Notes: generated from the letters alone by a model not told the origin. DNA of 64,000 nucleotides from Azolla caroliniana (GCA_043228905.1 JBHGNT010000001.1:17360001-17424000); one strand, 5' to 3'; numbered from the stretch's first letter, positions 11,853 to 24,944 are shown. Program-made: numbers and translations.

Positions 11853-13880
11853 CTGTCTGTTTTCTCCACTCATCAAGGAGAGTTCTATTGCAATCCCCCA
11901 AACATACTACAATAGTGCGACTTTCATATGCAAAACAAGCGATATGGTATGTGTGTTGGCATGGTCGTAGGTGTACCAACAGGGTAACATTTTTGTCCTC
12001 TATGTTTAAGCCACAAGCGATGCAAGGTGCTTGAACTATTCTTGCTTAGTTCTACATTTGGTAAGGGAGCAAGAATGTTGAGTTCCAATTCTTGTCTACA
12101 CCTTACCATCCCCTCCACATATTGTAGTTGCCCCTTAAGGTAGCTAACTACTTGTTCTTGATTTGTGCATTGTTCCTACAACACAACCGAAAAATTTACC
12201 GATTAATCATTCCTAAATGAGGAAGATAGAATAACAAGAAACAAGAATCATTAACTTACTTGACGGTTCTCTAGATTGTTATCGGTGACAATATTTACAG
12301 CTAGAAGATACAGGTTCATTGAAAGAACCTGAATCTCTATCTGTAGCTGTATTTTCTGTTGGGGATCCAGCGGCCCCTCAGTTTCGAGCTCATGTTGAGC
12401 AACCTGTTCCAGATAATGTCTCTATGAGCACATTTTCATGTACAAATTATTTATAACACGTTACATACTAGCAAAACAATAGCTACCTGAATATTAGTTC
12501 TAATTGTTGTCATTGCCAAAGTGACCTAGTTTTCCATCGCAGCAGCAGATGTTGCTTTCTCTAAAGCAGTCTTTGTTGCCTCCAAAGTCTCACAAGCTTA
12601 ATGGACATTTTTTAGCATATAGCTAATCAATGTTTCACCTATATCATCGACATTGGCTTTCATTGTGTTTTTGTGTGGTGTATACTTGCGGTTTTCTAGG
12701 AGTCGGTAGTTGCATCATCAATTGCCATGCTCCAAAATGTTGCCATCTTTTATTGCAAGCTCCTCATCTTCCGGCATCGTTCTACTGACGCCTCACCTGC
12801 AAGAGCCCAAGCTACCCTGTACATTTCAGGGTACGTTGCTTCCTTCATTGTTTTGCAATACTCGTATGCAAAAGCCTTGGCAAATGCAATGGATAGCTCG
12901 TTGTTGACTTGGACCTCTTGATGTACTTTTTGGTGGAGCCTCATGTAGTCGTCATACATGCTTCAACTTCACCTTGCCTTTCACTCTAGGCATTTTATAG
13001 ACTTACAACCAATCTACATCACTAATCAATTTATTTGTTAGAACAACGGGGTCAATACCCTCCAGTGATAGACCATATATGTTGTTAAAGTCCTCTTTTG
13101 TCTTGCAAAACTTTGCAAAGTTCAGCACTCTAGGATATGGAGGAACGAGCCACCTGAAATCCAAAATCAATACATGTTACCTCTGCTCTACTAGGACATG
13201 TGTATTTAGAATCATAATTGGTAGGGAAGAATAAAAGATAAAAAATAAGGCACATGCATCAAAATCCTAAATCAAGTTTGGGGGAAGTTTGTAGACTGAC
13301 TACCATTGAAATTAGAAATGTGAATTGATGCAAAATTTCAAACCTAAATCTGAAAGTTTCAACCGTAATAAAAAATCACTCGCTTAAAAAAATCAGAAAC
13401 CCTAATAAGAAACCTTAATCCGAAATCCTAATAAAAAATCAACAACTTAAAGAAATCATAAACCCTAATCTGAAATATGTATGAAATCAACTCTAATCAA
13501 AGTTTTGTCAATAAAAAACACACCTGTTGCTACAACCCAATCTTCGAGACATCCCTTTTTGGGACTCCAACGACTTCGCCCTAATCGTTTTTTATAAAAG
13601 ATGAACAAGCAAGACAATTTCAGTTATCAGAAAAGAAAAAAACATAAGATTTTTTAAAGCATGTATGTAATGTGTAATTGATATATACCTGGACGAGGAT
13701 CGAACTAGTGGTGCGTTGGTGCTTTGAAGGTGCAATGTCAATATCAGAGTTTTTGTGCTGCTGTGGGAGCTTCATCTACGTTCATGCTCACAATACTCCA
13801 TTTGTTTTGATTTCGAACTCAAACTCGGGATTAGCAGGACTTTGTTGACATTCAAGTCGAGTTTAGATGAGGGCATTGTT
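11853..13880 (-). pseudogene. Decayed intron-containing gene of unknown family (possibly an accessory gene of a DNA transposon)
   Basis: Minus-strand splice-like junctions near 13689 and 13523 (donors), 13154 (acceptor TTTCAG), 12487 and 11853 (donors). The exon at about 12487-13153 reads WLVPPYPRVLNFAKFCK...YDDYMRLHQKVHQEVQVNNELSIAFAKAFAYEY...VAWALAGE with stops. Confidence 0.5.
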
Positions 13881-14159
13881 CCGAAGGTTCCACTACGTTA
13901 GAAACCAAAGTTCAAAATTTTGAGTATTCCCATAAATTATATATTCACCATAATAAATGACATGTAATAAAGCAAACTTTTGAGTAATAAAGAAAAAAAA
14001 ATCATACACGAAAAATCCTTATGATTTCCCCACGAAAAATTAGCTAAACAAATAGTTAAATAGTTATGGCCATTTTTTCATAAACAAAATATCCTTCCAT
14101 TAGTTTAAAAAAAGGTACATCAGCTACAACACTATGCTTTCTGTAGAGATTGTGCAACT

Positions 14160-15500
14160 ATTGAAGCCAATCTATACCGTAATTCCTCCATCTATCACAA
14201 AATCTAATTTCATTTTAGTATGTACAACCAATTCTCCCTTGTTGCCACATGCTTTCAACATACCAGAAAATGTTATCATATTAGGTAAGAGGAAACCTTG
14301 CATAAGCATTTGAGAATAAAATTGTATAGCATCCTCATTCTTATCATGCTCAATATAGCCCAATAACATGGTAGTCCCTTGTACCACATCTCCAATCAGC
14401 AATAATTCATCAAAAAGCTTGTCGGCCTCAATTATTGTTCAGCAAATGCTAGCATTAACAATATTGTACCACATTGTGCAAGATTTGACCCTCGAGTTAC
14501 ATTTTCTTTAAAGAATCTAGAGCTTTTTTAGCATGACCCTTTTTAACATATCCCAACATCAAAGCATTCCAAGAAACCACATCTCGAACTGAAATATCAT
14601 TGACTACTTTTTGTGCTTTTTCAAGCTTACCACATATAGCATACGTGTCCACCAAAGCATTCCCAAGCTCAAAATTGTCTTCTATCAGCCTCTTACTCAT
14701 GATTTGATTGTGACTTCCTATGCCTATCAACCACTCCTACACTACCACATGCCTTTAGCACGCATACAAAGGTGATTACATCCAGAGAAAGACCATCATT
14801 CTACATTTGTTCAAGAAGATTCAATGATGCATGGCCAAATCTATACTGGTAATATCTTGAAATTAATGCATTCTTAGAAGCCACAACCCGAACCAAAAGC
14901 CACTTGAGCACTTTTTGTGTTTTTCCTCTATGTAAAGCCCCTGTGCTTGAACAAGCCTTGAATATGCAAATGGAGGTGATTGTATTTGGCAAGAACTGAT
15001 CACATTGCATCCTCTTGAAATAAGTTTTAGCTTTGCTTCCTTCCCCTCTCAAATAAACCACATTCAGAATATATATAAAGGAATGCATTGCCAAGAATTG
15101 TCTCTTCCCTTGTTTATAGATCGAATCATGCTACAAACTTTCAACATACAAGAAAATGCGCTTGTGTTGCATATTTTCAAAATAGCTTAGAGCTTTCTTG
15201 GTTCACCATATACTGAACCTCTACAACATAACCATACTCAGCATATTCAGAAATCAATGCAGTCCAAGAGACTACTTTTCTAGTTGGTAGTCCTACTTAG
15301 CATACCTCTTTGCTCATAGCTTCAAAACACACAAGATGAGGGCCATATGGCATCCTTCTAGCCACTTCCATTACTTTGTCCAATTCACCTACACATCCAA
15401 AACAAAACCATCATCAGTGTATGAATTGCGGATGCATATGCATGTGACTTCATCCTCCGATTTGAATCCATTCAAAACCATTTTTCGAAGCAAACTAAAT
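14160..15500 (-). pseudogene. Pentatricopeptide repeat (PLS-class PPR) pseudogene
   Basis: Fragments GNALVDTYAICGKLEKAQKV..DVVSWNALMLGY, PNTITSICIFKAC, PNMITFSGMLKACG and SLWTALISEYAEYG, with many stops and frameshifts. Confidence 0.85.
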
Positions 15501-15580
15501 CACTCATGAAGGATGGCCATGAATTTTAAAGCCTTAAATCATCTTAGATCATGAAAACCACATCTTGAATGCAAGATTTG

Positions 15581-16215
15581 AACATACACAAAGTAGTTGC
15601 ATCTTGAGACACAATCCTTCTTCAACCTGCTCATAGTCATCAATACATAAGACCTACTACCAAATGTATACATCCTAATATAACACGTTTTGATAGTTTG
15701 TCTCCACTCATCCTCCCAAGAAAAATGAGGAAACCATACCCCAAATTTGAAAAGTAAGTGAAACATAATCTAGCCTCCCTGTCACTCCCTAGAATTGCTT
15801 CAACATCCTTTAACATCGTCCATCTCTGCCACAAATACAAACTAAAAAGATTTTCCCATAAGGATGGCTTCCCCAAACAAAGCCAAAACACTCCTCCATT
15901 TTCCGCTTTCAACGTACACAAAGTCAACTTGAGACACAATCCTTCTTCAACCTGCTCATAGTTAGGAACACATAAGACCTACTACCAAATGTATACATCC
16001 TAATACAACACCTATTGACAGCTTGTCTCCACTCAGCCTCCCCCGAAAAATGAGAAAACCACTCCCCAAATTTGAAAAGTAAATGAAACATAATCTAGCC
16101 TCCCTGTCACTCCCAAGAACTACTTCAACATCCTTTAACATCATCCATCTTTGCCACAAACATAAACTAAAAAGATTTTCCCATAAGGATGGATTCCCCA
16201 AGAAAAGCCAAACCA
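15581..16215. repeat. Tandem duplication with a period of about 325 bp
   Basis: TTGAGACACAATCCTTCTTCAACCTGCTCATAGT occurs at 15604 and 15929, and the downstream ~285 bp align. Confidence 0.9.
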
Positions 16216-16592
16216 AACAACCTTAATGTTCTTATTCTCTCATCCTTCGCATCCATCATGCTATGTCACTTGAATATAAGATTGGATGAATAACAAATAT
16301 TGATAGCAAGAGTAGCGTACAACTAATGTATCCAACATCCCTGTCACTCCATAAAAATGCTTCCTCCTCCAACAAAAAAATATTATATGTTGTTCAAGTC
16401 TACGGATGACTTCCCCAAGCAAAGTCAATCCTTTAAGCCCCTCAATATCCAATGTAATAGTTGTAGTAAATGCTTCATCCACCACCATCCATCAACTACA
16501 CAAGAAAATCTGTCAACCAATACGAAGTTATAATAAAAAACTATGGCTATTTTAGCAGCTAATTAGCTATAATAGTGTTTCCATTCCCATGT

Positions 16593-16800
16593 TTTTATCC
16601 ATACCTTGTCACCATGTGTCGGCGTCTGGTGTAGCAACAACTTCCTCTTACGAAATAGGTTCATCTGCATCTATGTAGTTGACGTAGATGACGTCGGGTT
16701 GGTAAAACTCTGTCGACCTTTGGACTTGTCCGGATCTCTTGGGTGCTGATTTTGTCAATTTGGATTCTTTGATTGGTTCTTGTGTCCAATCAACATGATG
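16593..16800 (-). pseudogene. Small Copia pre-RT fragment
   Basis: Reads DEPIS*EEVVATPDADTW*QGM, matching the Copia EP.TY.EA.....W..AM motif. Confidence 0.5.
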
Positions 16801-16835
16801 GGATTAGGTCCCTTCTAATTGTGAGAAAGATAGAT

Positions 16836-17205
16836 TGTGGAATATACAATATTGCGGAAAGACATAACCACAACAAATACAGGAATACACAGTTTTATGT
16901 GGAAAGCCTAAACGAGGAAAACCATAGGAACAAAGATTCCACTATACACAAGAGAGTACAGAAAACGGTTACAATCTTCTCTTATACACAAAGGATAACC
17001 CGCTTAGGGTTCTTAGCAAGTTCGTTGAACCTTGTTGCCGCTCTTTCTCACACTCACACCCTCTCTCTCTTCTCTATCGCGCTACCCTACAAAGGCTCAC
17101 ACACTATGTTGTTCCACTTATGTTCTACATTTGCCCTTGATGTATTTATACTCATGCATCATATGGGCTATTTACAAATGTAGCCCCTACTACACCTCAC
17201 TACTA
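16836..17205 (-). repeat. Copia-type LTR remnant interrupted by T2
   Basis: TG end at 16836. ATGTGGAAAGCC...GGAAAACCATAGG resembles the U5 motif of the Tork LTRs in this window (reverse complement of 9710-9740 and 17600-17632). Confidence 0.6.
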
Positions 17206-17747
17206 TGTTGGGAATTCGGTCCCTCCAGATGGGATCCTGATGGGATTAGGATGTGACGGATTGGATGTGCCGAAGGAAGGAACCAGACCAGATGGATCCG
17301 GTGTGAACCGGATCCAAGCACATATCTGTAAATATGTTTCTAGTGTGCCTATCATGACCATATTTGTAAATAGTCCTAAAGTCATATAAGTATAAATATG
17401 ACTTAGGGAAATCATTTCAGATATGTGTAGAGATATTGTTGTATAGACATAGAGAGGGAGAGAGATATATATGACTGTGAGATACAGAAAGCTTTTCTAT
17501 TGTAACCGCTAGTTGGCGAAGACATAGAGCTTGAGGTCATTGCCTCTGAGTCTCACATTGTATCCTCTTCTCATAGAGATAGTTGGAGTCTGTGGGCTCC
17601 TGTAGTTTTTTCCCTATTAGGGTTTTTCCACGCAAACATCTGATGTCGTCTCATTTTGTTTAAGTGCACTAATCGTCTTATTCCTATTTTCTGTTTCTTC
17701 CATTGAGTGATTAAGGCTTGGTTGTGGCCGAGCACTATTTCCGCACA
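17206..17747 (+). repeat. 5' LTR of T2
   Basis: TG...CA termini followed by an exact tRNA-iMet PBS. Confidence 0.9.
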
Positions 17748-17771
17748 ATCTGGTATCAGAGCAAACAACAA

Positions 17772-20700
17772 AATGGAATATCCATTCGGCAACATGTTCA
17801 AGCTGACCGGCTCCAACTACCCAATGTGGAAGCCGACAATGAGGGACATGTTTGTGGTTAAAGATTTCTAGCTGCCAGTATAGTTTGGAGACAAAAGACC
17901 AGACAAGATCGATGTCGCTACCTGGGAAGTAATGCACATGAAGATGAGGCATACATTTGAGCCTATGCAACAACTTCAATGAAGAAAGTAAGGCTCATGT
18001 GCTCGAGGGGAAAATCGGCATCATGCTAGAGAGAAAGAACGTCGTAAATCGGGTTTCGGTAATCTAGAAGTTAGTGAGACTCCGCTACCAAGACGGATCC
18101 AGCATGGCATAGCACATGAATGCATTCTAGGGGCTGATAAACCAAGCAACCTCATTAGAAGTACCTCTAGCCAATGAGGTACTTGCATTGCTATTGCTCA
18201 GTTCCCTCCTGAATAGTTGGGAGATGCTAGTTGTGACTTTGGGCAACGTCAGGCCAGAAGGAAAACAATTGTCCCTAGCAAGAGTAAAATCAAGCTTGCT
18301 GGATGAAAAAGCTTGCTGGAAGGACCGAGATTCTGGAACCAATCCGAAGGCCTTGGTTATAGAAGACAACCATAATCGGGGAAGAGGTCGGAATCAGAAT
18401 CTCCAAAACCGGGACAAATCGGGGACGAGGTCGAAGTCAAGGGGGAGGCCCACTTGCTTTTATTGTGGAATGTCGGGGGACTTCAAGAAGAATTTACGAC
18501 ACTTCCGGAAAGCCAAAGGGGGAGCCGACATTTCAAAACAGAAGAAGATTTCGGAAAGGAGAGGAACGTCGGCAATCGCAACAAGTGAAGAAGAGTTGTT
18601 GCTCATCACCGAGGAAAACGAGCTACATCTTGTCAGTGATGAAACAACATGGGTGGTCGACTCCGGCGCGTCATTCCATCTGACCCCCGACCGGAAGTGC
18701 TTATCATCCTATAGAGTCGGAGATCATGGTTGTGTCCGGATGGGAAATGAAGGTGCATGCTGAATTGTCGGCATAGGAAATGTGTGGTTGACAATGTCAA
18801 CCGGGTGCAGATTGCTACCGAAAGATGTCCGAAAATGCGAGTGAGCTATGGCACAAAAGGTTGTGTCACATGAGCCAGAAAGGGATGTGAATACTTGCCG
18901 AAGACAACCTCATTCCGGGGATGAAAGACAAGCAGCTTGAGAAGTGCACCGACTATTTCGCCAGCAAGCAAAATCGAACCTCCTTTCGAACAAGACCACG
19001 GATGAGACAGAAAGCACTGCTAGAACTTGTGCATACTGATGTATTGCCAAGTGAACGTGGCATCCGAAAATGCCAGTGATCTATGGCACAAAAGGTTGTG
19101 TCACATGAGCCAGAAAGGGATGTGAATACTTGCCGAAGACAACCTCATTCCGGGAATGAAAGACGTGCAGCTTGAGAAGTGCACCAACTGTTTGGTCAGC
19201 AAGCAAAATCGAACCTCCTTTCAAACAAGACCACGGATGAGACGGAACGCACCGTTGGAACTTGTGCATACTGATGTATGCCAAGTGGACACAAAGTCGC
19301 ATGTTGGATCGCAGTACTTCATGAAGTTCATAAATGACCACAGCCGGAAGGTGTGGGTCTCACCGTTGAAGAAGAAGGACCAGGTATTTTCCTTCTTCAA
19401 GGAATTCCACATGAGAATGGAAAAGGAAACGAGGCGGAAGCTAAAGGCGGTTCAAGCGGACAACGGAGGAGAATATCAGGGGCAATTTGAGGAGTATTGC
19501 CCGTCGATGGGAATCCAGTTCGAATTTACTGTGCTGAGGACACCAGGGCTAAACGGATTGGCCAAAAGGATGAACCAGACAGTAATGAAGAGAGTTTGGA
19601 GTATGCTTGCACATGCTAATTTGTCCAAGATGTTTTGGGCTGAGGCACTGATGACAATGACGTACGTGATAAACAGATCGCCCTCAACGCCTTTGAACTG
19701 GTAAAGAAGTGTCTTACCGGCATCTGAAGGTGTTTGGTTGTCTCGCTCACGTTGTCGTAGTGTAGTCTGCACACTACGTGAAAAATGTAAAAATAATATA
19801 TCTGATTTAAGTACATATATATAAATAAAAGAAAACATTAAAAGATTTATTACATGCATAGGGCAGGATTCGAACCTTGTACCTCCATGTAAATAAACCA
19901 AAACTTTACCATTGTATTAACTTATCATAAGTGTTATAAATATAGATTTAATAGGTATAAGACTTTTATTTATGCCTACCTTTATTAAAAGGTAAATCAT
20001 GCATTTTTAGAGTGCGTGAATACTTTATTTACAATAAAAAAAAAATACTCGTGCACATCTAGAGTGCATGAGCACTATATTTAGGAAATAAAAGCATAGT
20101 GGAAAAGGCAACTCATGCACATTTACTGTGCATGAACACTTTAGAAGAAGAAGGAACATATGCTTAGTCTCTCCCATCCTTCTTTCCGGAGTCGAGACAT
20201 ACCCTTCATGGAAGACAAGAATATTGCCGACTGGGAGTCAGAGAAGAAGATAATTAACTCCGGATCGACCGACAAAGACTAGTTGGAAGATGCCAGGACA
20301 CATCAGGTCAAAAGCCGGATGTTAGCCGAAGACTAGGATGAACCGGCCAGACTCGGACAAAGAATTAAACCGACCGAAGAAGAATAATCGGAAATAGGAA
20401 CCGGACAAGACCCCAAATCAGATTCGGATGAAGAACAAACAGAGGAGCTGATGTTCGGAACCCAAGGATGGAGATATCCTCTCAGAGAGAGAAAGGCCCC
20501 CCGAAGATTTCCGGATGCTGAGCATATCTTATTGGCCGATGAGGGGGAGCTAGAAAGCTTCGAAGAAGCAAATAAAGACACCCACAGCCGCAAGTGGTTA
20601 AGTGCCAAGCAGGATGAGATAGATTCCCTACATGAGAACCACACATACAAATTGACGGAGCTACCAAAAGGATAGAGAACGCTCCGGAACAAGTGGGTGT

Positions 20701-21505
20701 ACAAGCTAAAACCGAGAGACACCAGAAATCCACCGAGATACAAAGCTTGGATAGTGGTGAAGGGGTTCCAACAGAAGAAAGGAGTGGATTTCGATGAGAT
20801 CTTTGCCCCGGTAGTCAAGATGACATCCATCCGGATGGTGTTGAGCATAACAGCAAGCATGAACCTCAAGGTAGAGCAACTAGACGTCAAGACGACGTTC
20901 CTACATGGTGAGCTCGAAGAAGAGATCTACATGCAACAACCGGAGGGATTCGGCAAGAAAGGGAAGGAGCACCTAGTGTGTCGGCTGAAGAAGAGCTTAT
21001 ACCGACTGAAGTAAGCTCCTCGGCAATGGTATTGAAAGTTCAACTCCTTCATGAACGATCAGGGATACCACAAGACGCAGGCCGACCACTGCATGTTCGT
21101 GAAGAATTCCGTCGAAGGCGACTTCTTGATACTACTATTGTATATGGACGACATGTTGATCATCAGACAGACCGAACCAAAATCGGAAATCTGAAGAAGC
21201 CCTTGAACTGGACCTTCTCAATGAAAGATCTGGGATGCAGGTCGAGGAAGCAGTTGTGGCTGTCACAGGAAAAGTACGTCACAAAGGTGCTTCAGAGGTT
21301 CAACATGTCGGATGTGAAGCCAGTCAGTTTGACACTTCCGGCAAACTGCAAGCTGTCCTGAAAGCACAGTCCGAAGACCAAGACGGAGATGTCAGAGATG
21401 ATGAAGATACCATATACATTTGCAATCGGAAGCTCGTGTACGCAATGGTGTGTACAGGACTGGATATCAGATATGTTGTCGTAGTGGTCAGCTGGTTCAT
21501 GAGCA
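17772..21505 (+). pseudogene. pol: Copia gag-pol polyprotein, disrupted
   Basis: ORFs 18188-18763, 19156-19704, 20451-20675 and 20697-21014 carry gag, PR, IN and RT motifs. Confidence 0.88.
19753..20185 (+). mobile_element. AT-rich foreign insert in the T2 integrase tail; probably an LTR U3 fragment
   Basis: Copia coding sequence stops at 19752 and resumes near 20187. The insert starts TGTCGTAGTGT...ACACTACG (hairpin) and holds a tRNA-like A/B box at 19861-19919. Confidence 0.55.
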
Positions 21506-24500
21506 TCATTTTGGATTGAGGACCTAGTTTTTCTGGATATTGATAATGGAAGTCTTCAAGAAGAGCACAAGCATTGGTCAAATTCTCTAGTGGTTCCCAA
21601 GTACGCTCGTTGGGACTATATCCTAACCAATCAACTAAATAGTAGAGCTTGTTGCGAACAATCTTGGAATCGAGGATGGCGGCAACCTCGTACTCAGGTC
21701 CATGTTCAAGTTCGATTGGGGGTGGAGGTTGTTTAATACGACCTGGGATGGTGTTGTCTTGATAGGGTTCGAGGAGAGAACTATGAAACACCAGATGTAT
21801 CCGAAGTTGTGGAGGTAGATCGAGACAAAAAGCAACATCATTAATTTTTCCGATAATACAGAAAGGACCTAATCGCCGATAATCCAACTTGCATGGGCGA
21901 GTAGTCTTGGTATGTGGTCATAGTAGCCATACCTGATCTCCAATGTTAAAACTGGATGGAAGCCGATGGCGATCCGCGTAAACCTTGTGTGTTTGTTGAG
22001 CTTGTTGTAGATGAGTAGATAAATCCGCTTGTATCTTGCGCAACCGCTCCAAACAATCCTCTACGCAAGGATTTGCGGGTAACTCTTGGGTTTCAAATAC
22101 ACACCACTGGGGGGTGGTAGCCCGTATAAGCATAAAATGGTGTAACCTTTGTCGATGAGTGGACAAAGTTATTATACGCAAATTCAGCGAAGTGGAGAAT
22201 ATCTGCCCACTCATCTTGATGATAGCTTAGAAAGCACCGAAGATACTGCTCCAGCGTTTGATTTTTTCATTCTTCTTGGTCGTTTGTTTGTGGGTGGTAG
22301 CCGGAGGAGAGGTTACAAGTGACCTTGAGCAGTTTAAAGAGGTGATTCTAGAATTTTGAGACTAACTGGGTCCACGGTCGCTGATGATGCCAACATTTTT
22401 CACGCATGACAGTTTCGGCGGTTTCTTCACTGGCGATTTCCTTAGTACATGGCAGGAAATGGGCCATCTTCGTATATCGATCTACTACTGTTAAGATTGC
22501 ATTGAATCCCTTAGAGACTAGAAGATCTATGATGAAATCTAGAGCAATGGATTGTCACAGCTTGCTTGGAATTGGCAATGGTTCTAATAAATCATATGGA
22601 TGATGCCTTGGCATTTTTTCTCTCCAACATGTATCACAAGTGCGAACAAAATCTTCAACAAATTGTCGCATATGGGGCCACCAGAATGATCATTGTACTA
22701 AATCTAATGTTTAAGTACTACCAAAATGCCCAGTTGTATATGTGTCATGATAGTTTTGGACTACTTGAAGGCGAGAAGAACCATTAGGAACATACCTGAA
22801 TAATAATCCATCATGACATTTGAATTGTTAATAGTCCGTACCTAGTTGTTGCGACTGTGAACAAGATGCTCGAGAGGGATCAATTTGTGCTAGAATGGTT
22901 TGGGCGAAAGCATCTGTCTTCAAGTCCTCACGTATGGTATTGATAACATGGAAATCTAAGGGTATACTGAAGACTTGTGTTGCTTGCTGTCGTGCCGGTC
23001 CCAAGATTACTTGCTTTTGGTTATTGAAAGTTGGCTCGCCAGGACACGGTGCTAGATACGAGCGCCGTGATAATGCATCTGCCTTCCCTAGTTGCTTCCC
23101 CGGATGATATGTAATTTTGAAGTAGAAACGAGTGAGGAATTGGGCCCACCGAGCTTGTTGTTGATTTAACACCCGAGCATTCTGAAAGTAGGCAAGGTTT
23201 TTGTGATCACGGAATATGGTGACTTGATGAGAAGATCCCTCTAGAAAATACTTCCATTGCATAAAAGAGTCCACTATTGCTAATAGCTCCTTATCATGAA
23301 TTTCATGGTTGATTTCGGCGGCGTCAAACTTGCGTGTGGAAAGCCACACGCGTCTGCTTCAATGATGAATGGTTTTTTCGGATCAACATGAGCTAGAATA
23401 GGAGCTCATGTAAATGCCTTCTTAAGACTCTCAAAAGCCATGTCTGCTTCTTCAGACCAAACGAACGATTGTCCCTTCCTGGTAAGTTGTTTGAGAGGAA
23501 GAACAAGCTTTGAGCAATCTTGTATAAACTTGCGATAGAAATTGGCAAAGCCTAAAAATCATTGCACATCTCGCAATGAACGCAGAGTCTACCACTCTAC
23601 CACCGTTTTGACCTTAGCTGGATCCATGGAGATGCCTTCCGAGGAAATGACATAGCCAAGAAATTCTACCTGGTTGCACTCAAAACTACATTTTTCCAAC
23701 TTTGCATAAAGAGCATGTTCTCGAAGTCATTTTAGTACTAACAATACATGAGAATCATGCTCTTCTTGGGTCTTCGAATAAACCAGTAGATCATCCAAAT
23801 AGATGGTCAAACAAATATCCAAGAGATCTTGGAGTATATCATTTGCCATGTGTTGGAAGACTGTTGGCGCATTAGTGAGGCCGAATGGCATGACCATATA
23901 CTCGAAGTGCCCATATCTAGTGCGAAACACGGTCTTCCATTCATCTCCTGGTCGAATCTGTACGAGGTTATATGCTCCTCGTAAGTCGATCTTTGTGAAG
24001 AACCTTGCACCATTTATCTGTTCTAAAAGACTTGAGATAAGGGGAAATGCATACCTATTCCTGATGGTGACCTTATTCAAGCCACGATAATCTATGACGA
24101 GACGAAGTGATCCATCCTTTATCTTGACAAAGAAAATGGGTGCACTGGCTGGAGATTTCGAATGTCGAATGAAACCATTTGCCAAATTCTCCTCTATATA
24201 GGCTCGAAGGACTTCTAACTCAGTTGGTGACAAATTGTAGATCGGTCCCCATAGTGGCCCTTTTCCCGGTTGTAAATCAATGGGGCAATCATATGGTCGG
24301 TGGTGAGGAAGCATATTGGGTTGTACTTTATCAAACACATCGACATAATGATGATACTTCTCGGGAAGTTGAACGGTGGACTCCTCTTCAGTGGTGTTAG
24401 AGGGTTTTATTGATACTGCGAAGAGTAACATTTCTTCCTTGTGTCCTTCCTCACACAACTGATATAGCGAAATGGTTGCAATCTTATAAGTAGATCATCG

Positions 24501-24944
24501 GGTTTGTCGATACCAGATTTCTCTTGTTCTCCAATCTATGTCTGGGTTATGTAATTTGAACCATGGTAATCCCAAAACAATGCGATGTTCTAGGATACTA
24601 ATTATATTAAATGATACGACAATATTAACAGGCTCTGACTCTTCTATGATATTTCCGGAACCAATGGGACGCCCATCAATGGCTACTACAGAGGCTGGAC
24701 ACGGGTGTTTTCTTAGGGATATTTGATGAGGTTGGGCAAAATTCCTATCCATGAAGCAAGAATTAGCTCCGGAATCTAGGAGTGTTGAGACATGTAATGG
24801 AGAGGTATTTTTAGTACTAACTGTTACTTGGGCTAAGAACACATTGCTAACTTGCTTAGAGGGAATGGAACCACTAATGGGTTGCACAAATCTAGGGTTG
24901 TCCAACCAAACGGCTCCTATTTTTGTTGAACTTAGTCGTTTAAC
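21506..24944 (-). pseudogene. pol: Chromovirus pol (PR-RT-RH-IN-chromodomain), disrupted
   Basis: ORFs 24495-24905, 23727-24458, 22828-23349, 21918-22214 and the 5' part of 21324-21887. Confidence 0.9.

Larger units (their letters stand above)
17206..21505 (+). mobile_element. Tork/Tnt1-like Copia T2, degenerate, 3' truncated
   Basis: 5' LTR 17206-17747 and PBS TGGTATCAGAGC at 17751-17762. Gag knuckle CFYCG. Protease WVVDSGASFH. Integrase LELVHTDVC and DNGGEY. RT DFDEIFAPVVKMTSIR and LLYMDDMLI. Confidence 0.92.

Noticed and set aside
15640-16216. Paired similar ORFs as a small gene family
   Set aside because: They are a by-product of the 325-bp tandem duplication, and there is no coding evidence.
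9271-17747. LTRs 9271-9828 and 17206-17747 as the two ends of one element carrying the array and PPR as cargo
   Set aside because: The first follows RNase H and a PPT (3' LTR) and the second precedes a PBS (5' LTR). They are diverged LTRs of two separate insertions.
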